From positions 87,988,290-88,052,289 of the forward strand of contig JARFYF010000084.1 of the NCBI GenBank assembly GCA_030265395.1: a DNA stretch of 64,000 nucleotides, in the 5' to 3' direction. Numbering within the stretch: position 1 is the stretch's first letter; each line of letters begins with the position of its first letter. The notes under the pieces are model-generated. The model did no database searches. It was not told where the DNA came from and saw only the letters and a program-made list of their open reading frames with translations. Below, one piece after another: positions 37,101-49,100 of this stretch. The stretch comes from Rhina ancylostomus (lineage: Eukaryota). The position numbers were made by a program, and so were the translations under genes.

Positions 37101-40100
37101 TCATTGAAGTTTTCTGCCAGGAAGGCCAAATGTGGTGCTTCCACCCCAAGGACTTAGAGTTGGCAACCTTAATTTAACCCTCTACTGCTGAGACCATCAC
37201 TCCAATTTGATTACACTCTCCCCTTTTCAACAATAATTTTAAGGGGGCTGTTTGCTGCTCATTGTCCAGTTTTCAATTCCATTCGCAGTTCTTCAGGTAA
37301 AGAAGCAAACTGCTGGATGCAGCCAGAGCCAGAGAATGTAACTAGATCAGGTGCGCAATAGTTACTGGAGCAGATCAGTTGCTGGATTATCTGTGGAAAC
37401 TTGCTTGATTTTAAGTTTTTCCTTTACCTATAAGGCACCAATCAGGGGTGTAATTAAATACTGACACCTGGATGAGTGCAGCTCCAACAACATGTAAGAA
37501 GTGTTTGGGGGAGGGGGGAGTGGGGGGCGCGGGGGAGGCATTAAAAATTGGCCTTCCCGACAATGCTCACAGATGATAAAAGGAACCACCATCTGATTGA
37601 CCTGCATTATTGAATTCCATTTCTGATGTAGAAAAAATAATTAAATAATCAATGTTAATGAATTAAAGACTCTATGGATTTGCACAGGATAAGATTAGTC
37701 ATGCCATCTGGTCAGTTACAATCAGTATTAACTGCCACTATTCATTATATCTCTATGTCTTTACAGCAATCTTTGAGTATTTTCATCTATTTATTTTTAT
37801 TTCTTTGCCCTTTTTCAAATGGCTTGCATTACATTTCTAATACTCTATTTGCCTTTCTGTACCTCATGCCTTTTCCTCCTTCACTTTCTTCTCCTTCTAT
37901 TTCCCTTCAGACTGATGAAGATGATGATGGTGAGGTATGGCTGTTGTGTCGGGTTGTGGAGACCTTTGTCTCATGGAAACATTATCACTAAATTCATTTC
38001 GATGCTTTCTGTGCTGCTAACACTGTAATGGCCAACATGAGGAGCAAATGATAGCCAAGCCCTCATGTTTAATTGCACCCTTTCAAACAGCATTAACTTA
38101 CTGACCTTGTTTCTAAGTGTTTTGACAGCATAATTTCATGTATACTAATATCTGGAGAATTTGCGGCTCTCTAATTTGTTGGTTAAGGATTGTGATGGTT
38201 TTTGATTCTTTCCAGATGCAACACAAATTTCCTAAAATTTTTTTAATACTGACTGCAGACATCAAACTTTACATGTCAGAGTTGAATCTGATAATGAACA
38301 TACCGACATCTATATTTGGAATACTTTGTCATGATGGTTACATGATTATTATTACTTCTAATTTTTGTTTAGTTGCAGATTGTTCATTTGTAATTGGCAC
38401 TTTCATCAGCATTGTTTATCCACAAAAATCCCCAGCAGAAACCTCTCTGAATGACATACATGTCTTGTAAACTTCTGCTCAAAACACTGCTAGTTCATGC
38501 AGCAAGGCAAATCATAATAGAGAAAAATAATGCACACTTTAGAAATCTGATATAAAATCAAAGGATATTAGAAATTCACAGCAGGTTTATTCGTAAGCAG
38601 GCTGCCATTTCCTTCAGAATATATTATTGTTAATAGATCACATTTTGGCTGCTTGGAAATCTGATAGTTATGATGATGTTGCCTTGGAAAACCTGAAAGC
38701 TTTATCTTGCAGTTTAAAATACAATCTGAACCATTATTTGAAGTGAAGCTTCTATTTAGTTTACAATTTTTAAAAGAAAAAAATCTTGCCTTTTATCAGT
38801 GAATCTGTGAACAATAAGAAATTGCTGGAAATTACTTCCATGTTTTGCCTGCTAATGTTTGTTGAAGCATTACTGATGACACCAGTACAAAGGAAGGATG
38901 GACTAGATGGATAATCCAGTGATTATGCAATGGCCATTCCATGTTGATTGGAACTATAAAATTTTACAATGCAAAAGAATGTTCATTCCATTTAGTCTGC
39001 ACTAACTCTTTGCTGGAGGAATCAGGTACTAATCCCAATAAATTATTTTACCAAGCCTTATAGTTTGCCTTGTGTTGAAACAAAGTCTGTCTGTCAAAAT
39101 AGACTAAAGGGATTGTGATTTAAATTGTTTAATAATTTTAATGGCAATGGACCAGAGTTTACTATAACAATTGGCTAAAAGATACCCATCCTCTGTTTAT
39201 TCTTGTTCATGTCTGTTTAATTTCTGAATTTAGGTGGCAAATTGCTATGGATGGGAGATGGAAATGGCATATCACCTTCCATGGGGCATTCTGTGCAGGA
39301 CAAACACTCTGTGGCCAATCAGACTCTGGAATCTAAAGTGGCAAATTTCAGTCAGAATACTGAATTCAATGTCAAATTGGCAGGGCAAGTGAAATGAAGA
39401 GAGTGAAAGTAAACTAATAGAAATAAATATAATAATTAAATTAAAATTAATCAATTACTTGTAAAACATACCAGAATTAAAATCTAAAGGAATGGATGTC
39501 CACACTTCTAAAGTTAATGTCCTGAGAGTTGGTTTGACACCAACAAAGGTGCTGTAAAATGTTTTTTAAAAAGGCTGCCTAGACAAGGCCTATCTTTTGT
39601 TCTATAGCAACTGTACAGGGACAGCTTTAGCTGAATGTATTTGAAAAGGGAGTCAAATGGAAAGTTGCTATTTTTACCCAGCTTTTATGGAAATGCATGT
39701 CAGGTTGCAATTTCTGTACTTCAATGTGTGTGCTCACTGGAAATTGCTATCTTAGTTGCATAATCTCAGAGTTATAGTGTCATAGAGTTATACAGCACAG
39801 AAACAGGCCCTTCAGCCCAACTTGTCCATGCTGACCAAGTTGCCAACCTGAGCTAGTCCCCATTTGCCTGCCTTTGGCCTATATCGCTCTAATCCTTTTC
39901 TATCCACGTCCCCACCTCTACCACCTCCTCTGGCAGCTTGTTTCAAATACGCAGCACCCTCTGTGTGGAAAAAGTTGCCCCTCGGGTCCCCTTTAAATCT
40001 CTCCCCTCTTACTTTAAAGCTATGCCCTCTAGTTTTAGATTCCCCTGCACGGGGGAAAAAGACTGTGACCATTCACCTTATTTATGCCCCTCAGAATTTT

Positions 40101-43100
40101 ATATACCTCTATAAAGTCACCTCTCAGCTTCCTATGCTCCAGGAAAAAAAGGCCCCAGCCTACCTGTTCTCTTCTTATAACTCAAGCCCTCCAATACTGG
40201 TAACAGCTTTGTGAATCTTTCCAAATAACAGCCTTTCATGCTTAAAGACATCCATCCTATAGATAGGTAACCAGAACTACACACGATATTTCAAGTGTGT
40301 TCTCACTGTCTCCTGTTATGGTTGCAACGTTAAGTCCTAAGTCCTGTTCACCTCTGCATACATTTAGTGCAAATTCCTGTCTGATGGGCATTCACCATTT
40401 TCCCAAAAGTCAGGATATTTCAATAAGTTACATATTGATAAATACTTTGATTTAAAAACTTGGCTGCTATAAACTGATGATTTTAAAATATAAAACAGAA
40501 ATGTTCAAGTTGACAACTGGAGATATTTGTTCGCAAGTGATCTTTAAATTGGACTTTATCTGTCAAAGTGCGGTTTCATGTGTACTTAGGTTTTCATGCT
40601 ATGGGGTTTGTTATAGAGCAGTGTAGTGATGACATTGGACAAGGATGGCTGGAGATTAGCAAGAAATCAGCACCTTGAGGAAACTTGAATTTCTTTAGTC
40701 TACGGCAGTGTCAACTGGGAAGGACAAGCAAAATTAAGAATGAATGTGTATAATAAATACTTAGTTTACATCCTTCATTGAGCAGAGGCCTGCTCATTAG
40801 CTGGATGTATAGCGATACATAACAGCAACAGCACACATTTACTGAAGCAAGGAGAACAAGGTGCAGCTGTCAAAGTTATTAATCTGCAAATATTCACAAC
40901 ATTGCAAAATATGATGTTGGGTTCAGAAAGCAGCTGCTTACTGGGATGTCCCTTGTTGCCAACACCGTGTCATTCNNNNNNNNTAATGCATAGCTATGCC
41001 ATTGTACAACCTAGTGAAATATCAAGTTCAAGGTTGGATCTGGGTCCTGTTGCCGCAAAAGCAATTTAAATATTTTAAAGAGATGTCAGTCTATTTCATA
41101 TAGGATAACTGCCTAAATCTTCAAGTAATCGTTGCAAAGTTTAAAGGCAAATTTCTGTAGTCGGGAAATGGAACAAAAGTCAAATGAAAATGGCCCTCCA
41201 CAACTCTTCATATATGGGGCCATAAATAAACAGTTAAATAGATGTTTTATCAGCCTAAAACACTGGATGCAGAATTTTTGAGGCTCTCTGCCATCATCTC
41301 TACATAGAGTATGAAGTACACTGATCCTTTGTAAAGTATTGTACAAAATCTACAATTTGGTAGGATGGCAGTAGTGTAGCAAATACAGCAAAGATGAAGC
41401 CTGCCCAAAAATTTTGGCCTTTATTTGTACTCGGAGGCAGGGAAGTGAAGTAAAACATGCTTAAAGAATTTGTAAAGGCTAGAGCCATGGAGGTCCCACT
41501 GAAATTGAGAAATTATTTCTTTAATTTCCCACCTGGCAGTAGGCCAGATTCATGGATTGATATAGTGGTGGGACAGGTTACACCACTATATCAATCCCTC
41601 CACTCTTTGTGAAGGTCAGGCTCTGCATGAGTGATTCATGCCATTCACAACTCATGCAAAGGCAACCAAACATGCCTCACATAGTGTTGGATGCCACTGC
41701 ATGTTATCTGGTACCTCTTTGCTTCAGTGCACTATGTGCACAGAAGGCCCACAAGCAATTTGGTGTCATCATCAAGTAAGTTTTCTGATTGAATTATGTT
41801 GGCTGGCTCGTATAAATATTCACTATGTGATACAAGTTCTATGCCAATATTAGCATCAAGCGACTAGCTTGCAAACTAAAATTCCTGACAATAGGTTGCC
41901 TTTATTATTCTACTAATGTTCTCTTAATGTTTCTCAGAGCCATCTATTTTATAGAAAATACAAAAAGCAATCTGAGATTGTTGGAGAATTTATTATTGCA
42001 ACAGTATGTTATTGTTTTAAAATTACTCTTTGAGCTGAATATAATCCTGTTCTCATAGCATTCACCTCCACAAACATTTTCACAACTTGTACTATGCAAC
42101 ATACTGAAATAATATCCCTGCATTGAAGTAATGACAATATGTACCTGATTTGTTGTATAGACAGGAAAGTTCTCCAGCAATACTGCAACTGTCTCAAGTG
42201 AGACCCAGCCACAGGGATTGCAGTATGCAGAAGAGGCAGCAGAACATGAAAATATGAAAGCAGTGCTTAAAACCTCTGTACCGAGTGGAGAAGTTACTGC
42301 TGGAGTACCAGGCGTGCGAACCCGAACGAGAGCAAGCCGAGGTAAAAGTTCCCATTTAACCTGACCCCTTATCCAGCTTCTGGTATTGTGTCACATAGGC
42401 TTGTCAATCAAGCAGCAGTTGGAGCTGACTGATGCCCAGTCTCCCCCTTCTCTTCTTGAGGTCTTTTCCTTATTAAAAGTTTGAGTACTAACGAAAGCTT
42501 GAGAAAGGAAAAGCTTAGTGATGGAGAATTCAAGAATTCTCCTGTAAAAACATGTTAACTGCTTGTGTCACATTAAGCCAAAGCTCAAGCTGATCCAACT
42601 GCAAATGCATTCATTCCTCAACCTTCAACAAACAGTGCAACTGCAAAAATCTTCGTTCACACAGGTCATTCAACAACCCCAATTACCCAACACAGAGGAA
42701 GAGTGCCTGGGAAAGGCTGGGGTCTCTCTCAGCCAGAAGCCTCTCAATGTTCTGCCATACAGTTATGCTGAAAAATCTGGGTGGAGGTGGACTGCTGGGT
42801 GGCGATTGGGAAGCCAGAAGCTGGCCAGTCAGCAGCCACTCCACCTATGCAGCAACCTATTTCTCCATCAATCCAGCCATGTTCTGTCCCGCAACCTGTT
42901 ACTTCCAGAACCACTAATGCAGAGCTTATATGATTCCACCCAATATCAAGCCCTGGGATCCTGCATCCTTAATTGTGCAAAATGTAAGTTCATTATTAAC
43001 TACGTTACATGGTTTTGCTCTTCAAGGCCGTGTTGGCTCATGGGCTCCAGGAAATGATGACTCCCCAAATGCCACAGATGATGCTGCAGATGAAATCATG

Positions 43101-46100
43101 GACCGGATTGTAAAGTCTGCGACTCAAGTGCCAAACCAGCGAGCAGTGCCTAGAGAGCGGAAGCGGTCTCGTGCAAACAGGAAATCTCGTAAGTAATTAT
43201 TGTTAGAATATTGAACAGCACAGGAACAGGCCCACGATGTCTGTGCCAAACATGATGCCAATTTAAATTAATCCCATCTGCCTGCACTTGGTCTCTGTCC
43301 CTCCATTCCGGCCTGTTCATGTGCCTGTCTAAATGCCTCTTAAACATCACTATCGTATCTGCTTCCAAGACCTCCGTGGCAGCGTTTTCCAGGCACCTAC
43401 CACCCTGTGTTTAATAAAAATACTTGCCTTGCAAAACTTTCCTCCTCTCTTAAAACTGTGCCCTCTGGTATGCCTTTTGACCCTGGAAAAAGACAATGAC
43501 TACCAATATCTATATCTCTCATAATTTTATATACTTCCATCAGGTCACACGTCAGCGTCTTAATGCTTCAAAGAAAACAATCCAAGTTTGTTCAACTGCT
43601 CTTTATGGCCAATACACTCTAAATTTGTGCAATATCTTGGTGAGCCTCTTTTGCACTGTCTCCAAACTGTCCATATACTTCCTGTAACATAGGAACCAGA
43701 AATACACACAATATTTCAAATCTGGCCTAATCAACGTTTTGTACGGCTTCCATGTGATTTCACAACGTTTATACTCAATGCCCCAACTGATAAAAGCAAG
43801 TGTACTGCACACCTTCTTTACCACCCTATTAACTGGTGTTGCCACTTTCAGGTAGCTATGGACTTGTACCCCACGATCCCTGCATATACAGTTTCAGTGC
43901 TCCAACGAGTCCTGCAATTTATTTGTATACTTTCTTTACATTTGACTTCCCAAAACACACCTTGCACGTTTCCAGATTAAACTCCATCTGCCTTTTCTCT
44001 GCCCTTATTTCCAACTGATCTATACCCTGCTATGTCCTTCGACAACCTGCTTCACAATCCACGACTCTGACAATGTTTGTGTCACTAGTGTAGGAAGCAA
44101 ATCAGAAATTCTAAGGATGAGTCCCATTCTTGAACTTTTAGCAAAGCTTAGTTCTCACTTGGTAATGGGCAAGAATGTGTCAGCACAGCCTATACCTTGT
44201 AGCCACTAGCTTCTTCCCCCTTATCCCACCACCCCCCCCCCCCAAGGCTAGCATCTTTCCAAATGTCAGNNNNNNNNNNNNNNNNNNNNNNNNNNNNNNN
44301 NNNNNNNNNNNNNNNNNNNNNNNNNNNNNNNNNNNNNNNNNNNNNNNNNNNNNNNNNNNNNNNNNNNNNAATGTCAGAAACATTTAGGTAAAAAAAAACT
44401 GGAATAAAGCATTATTTAAAAATTCAATACTATCATTGGTTATTTTGCAGAAATATACTATGAAATAAATATGATAAACAATGTTTAAATTATGTTCAGT
44501 AGCATGATTTAAATGAACAGAGCTATTTTAGTTGTGCCAGCAATGGCTGAAGTAAAGCGAGGGGCCAGAGATGAAGCATTATCTTGCCCCTTGGCTTAAC
44601 TATCTTGTGGAAGGCTTCTGGACTCAATGGGAAGAGTGAGAAGTCAATGCGTTCCTCCCCACAGAACAATGTGTAAGATGGAAACTGAGGTTTTTAATTC
44701 AGCATCAAGGGTGTCAAATTCTGACTCATTTTTATTGCAGTTATGAGTAACTCAATAAAGCACAAAGGTCTAGAAATTGCGCATCTCAAAAAGCACAAAG
44801 CTGACAATATGCCAATGAATGCTGTGTGCAAGGGCCTCCAGCAGCAAAATGTTATTGCACTACGGGAGCAGGGCATCTTACACCAAGCTACACAAGATAG
44901 TTTTTGATTGAATTCCATCCTGCAGCATACAAATTGTGCACTATTCATTAAAAAAAATTCTAGGCTAAAGCATTTACTTATAACTGAATACCATCCTTTA
45001 TGAATCAGAATCACATAGTGTGTTCAGTGGTCTTTATCTGTGCTGAGTCTGTTCTTGCTTTTTCACAGCTTTGCAGTTAGTCCAAATCCCCTGCTCTTTC
45101 CTTTATCTCTGCCCAGTTCCCTCTTAACCGTACTTATCTCATTTCCTTGCAGTGTTGAGCTGCTACTTCTATGCATGTAAGGTTTGCTCTGCAGATCACA
45201 ATAACTTGTCCCATTAAAAACAGAAGTTCTCATCATTTTTCCACTGGTTCTGTTGCCAATGACCTTAATTTACTTTCTCTATTTACTCTACCTCTGCCTC
45301 TGTAAACAGTTTCTCCATATAATCTATTAAGACCATTCCTACATTGAATGTTATTAAATCTCCCCTTAAACTTCTATGTTCTGAGTACAACCCCAGCTTT
45401 TCCAATCTCTCCATATAACTGACATTCCTGTATCCCTGACACCTTTCCAGTAAACCTTCTCCATACCTACTCCTAGGTCTTGGCATCCTCAAAGTGTGGC
45501 ACCCACTGGACCCCCAACCATGGATTTCTAAAAGTTTAACATAAACTGCCTCCATTTCAATTGGCATTTCCTTTAAAAGGGTACTACTTCACACAACTTT
45601 GTTAAATATTATCTGCCATTTTTCAATCATCTGTCCATGTTCTCGTAAAGTCCTGCCATTTAGTGTGTCTACACTAAATGGGACCACTGCCTCCTAGAGG
45701 ATTATGTCATTTATACTTCCCAGCAATTGGTAAAGCAGCTTTCTAACCAATAATCCTCTGCATTTAAGTTTTAATAACATGTCCATGATGTTGTTCTTCA
45801 TCAAATATCTTTTGCAAACCAATATCACATCAACTACGTTACTTCCATCAGTCCTTTTCAATACTTCAGCAAAGCACTAATCAAATGCATCTTGCCTTTA
45901 ATAAATTCAGACTTGCTGTTTAAAATTTGTTGGCATTTAACAGAAAAGTGCCAATTAATTTTGTTTGTTAATCACCTGCAATTGTTTCTTTGCCATTAAA
46001 GTTGGGCTGATTTCCCTGGAGACACCTGGTACGTTACCCTTACACTTCTCAAAAAAACAATGGCTTAATATTAATCCTCTGGCATCTGACAGGTTGAAAG

Positions 46101-49100
46101 TTTATGGCCCACAACTTCATTATTTTCACCCTTACTTCTTGCAGACACCAAGACTAAATTGTGCCCTGACTGGCAGTATTTTAAGTGCCTTAATCAGCTT
46201 CACACAAACCTTGATTACTTGGTTTTAGCATTCTCATCTCTATTGAACACTAACCTATTCTCAGACTTTTTTTCCCCTTCTATTTCCCTTCCCTGTTTTC
46301 CTCTGCACTTTTTAAAGTTCAGTTCTCAGGTTGCAGACCTGGATTTAAGCCACCATTTCCTGTTTTATTTTGGTCTACTCTTCTTCAGTAATTGCGAAAA
46401 CTCTCGTTTTGTCTCTACTTCTGTCCCTTTTGTAAAGCTCTAGTTTTGCCCCTCCTATTGAATGTGTCCAACTCATATCTGAACAATCTCATCTCTGAAG
46501 ATTTCTGATTTAATGTTTTAACTGAAAATCTTTGAATCTTATCCACTAAGACATGGTCCCTTTTTCAGTTCACTGAAAATAGTTATCTTCTAGTTGACTC
46601 TTCTTTGTCCTTTTCTATAGCTACTTTAATAACATGATAATAATTGTTTGACAGATGTTTCACCAATAAAATAAACTCACTTTCCCCTCTTTATTCCCCA
46701 GATGCACGTCCAGAAAGGCTTCTTTATGACTTGAGCAGGAAACACACAAATTAAAGTTTTTATGCGATTTAATAATGCCTCCCTCACTTCCTCGCTCACT
46801 TTCTTAAACACATTAAATGTTAGCAATTTAATACTTTGCATTTCTTGCATTGCTTTGTTAGATTGAAACAAAGATAATTTTGTCAAATGGGTCTTTGTTA
46901 GTCCTATTTTAATGCTTACCCTCACTGTGTGCTACCTGGGCACACCAACAAACATTCAAATTTATTGTTGGCTTTGAACCTATATGGTGAATATGTATGC
47001 ATGCATGCATGCTGTGGCCACCACTGAGTGCTGCTTGTTCTCAGCTGAGCCATTAGATGGCAGTCTTTCCTGCAGAGGCAAGGAAGCATAATCAGCTCGT
47101 GGTTAAATTGGTGATAAACCTTCAGTCACTGCCCAGGCTATGAACCATGATGGTCCAGCAAGAATCGAGACCATTTTTTTTAAAGCATTAGATTAATTTA
47201 GACACAAAATTTGGAAAATTGAGTCTTCTCCTTTGTAACTTATGCTAACCATTGATCATTACATTTTTAGATGTGACTTCACTTTGTTATCTTGCATTTG
47301 GTCTCGCCAAAGTAGACAGAGACTAGTTGACCGTTTCGTAGAGCACCTGCACTCCATCCGTAACCACAGTCTGCATCTCCCCATTGCCAGTCACTTCAAC
47401 TCTCCCACTCCATCACAGATATGTCAGTCCTTGGCCTCCTCCACCACCAGAAGTCCAAACGCAAACTGGACAAACCACCTCATTTTCCATCTTGGGACCT
47501 TACAGTCTAATGGCATGAACCTTGAATTCTCCCACTTTAAGTAAACTAAACTTCCCTCACTGCCCCCCCATGCCTCTTCTTTTCTTCCCTTTCCTAGCCT
47601 CTCTTTGGCTATTTTTCTCCTCCCCTCCTCCAATGGGGCACCTGCCTCCATATCTTTTGACCCATCCCCCAGTGGATCTGCTCTCCCCTCCTCACCTGCA
47701 TCTGCCTACCACTATCTCTTACCTGCATCTACGTATCACCACCCTACCTCCTGTCTTTTGTTCCCCCCCCCCCCATATATTGGGCTTCCCCTTTTCCCAT
47801 CTTCAGTCCTGAAGAAGGATCCTGACCCAAAATATTGACCGCCTACTTTTCTCCACAGATGCTGCCTGGCCTGCTTAGTTCCTCCAGCATTGTCGTGTTT
47901 TTCATCTAGACTCCAGCATCTGCAGTCTTTTGTTTTTCTAATGCACTTAACAAGTTCCAAGGTACTTTGCAGGACTTAACAAATAAAATTTCAAACCAAG
48001 ACACTTAAAAAGGACATTAGGACAACTGGGTCAAAGAAAGGTCTTAAAGATGAAAGAGAAGAAGAGAAGCTTTAGAAATCAACTAGGATCCAGACATCCC
48101 CTTCTGGTGGAAGAATGAAAAAATGCACGTGCAAGAGACCAGAAATNNNNNNNNNNNNNNNNNNNNNNNNNNNNNNNNNNNNNNNNNNNNNNNNNNNNNN
48201 NNNNNNNNNNNNNNNNNNNNNNNNNNNNNNNNNNNNNNNNNNNNNNTTCCCCTTTTCCCATCTTCAGTCCTGAAGAAGGATCCTGACCCAAAATGTTGAC
48301 TGCCTGCTTTTCTCCATGGATGCTACCTGGCCTGCTGAGTTCCTCCAGCATCTTGTTGTTTTTTCATCATTTTGCTCCCACTGTCAACAAGAGATAGAGA
48401 AACCAATAGTTAGGAAGATATCAGGGAGGAGGTTAAGAGGAGACATTATTGTGGTGTATAAAATTTGAGGGTATAGGTAGGGTAGACTGCAGGAAACCTG
48501 TCCTCAAGGCAGAGGTAGGTAAAGCAGAAGAGATAGGTTTAGGGTAAGGGGGAAGAGAATTAGAAGGGGATATGAGGGAAACTGTCTTTACCCAGAGGGT
48601 GGCAAGTACCTGGAATGCACTGCCCGGTTGAGGCTGCATCATTGACACCATTTACGAAGTGTCAAGATGAGCATTTGAACCAATTAGGCAAAATAGGCTG
48701 TGGACCAAGTGCTGGGAGATGGGATTAGCATTGGAAGGGTGCCCACTGGTCAGCATGGACAAGTTTGTACAATTCTATGACTCTGACTTGAGCCCTGAGA
48801 GGTGCCTCATCTCATGACAGTTCAACATCTCATGTGAAAGACACAGAGCTGAACTGGATCAACAGCTTTGACCTTTGAGTTCAAGCTTCTAGAGTAGTAC
48901 TTGATCCCAGAACCTTCTGACTGACCCTCAATACAACAAATATTCTAAGTATTAGATTAAACTTTCCATCGCTTGTTATAATGATTTTGTCAGTTTAAAA
49001 TGGAAGAAAGTAGGACAGGAATACCTGGCTCATCAAACCTCCCTGTCATTTCAATATGATCATCGTTGCTTTGTCTCAGGCTTCATCTCCTCTGCCATAC

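Noticed and set aside
42563-43057. 164-aa ORF in the short intron before the DAD exon
   Set aside because: Different frame from the FHOD3 exon it overlaps, no recognisable domain and no convincing splice sites; chance ORF.
21815-44085. Oppositely oriented CR1 copies flanking exons as drivers of circRNA
   Set aside because: Copies are diverged and many kb apart, and such pairs are expected anywhere in this repeat-rich genome; no direct support.
47787-48370. Duplicated Penelope terminal repeat as a pure gap artefact
   Set aside because: The two copies differ at multiple positions, so they are not a simple duplicated contig end, although a haplotype artefact cannot be fully excluded.
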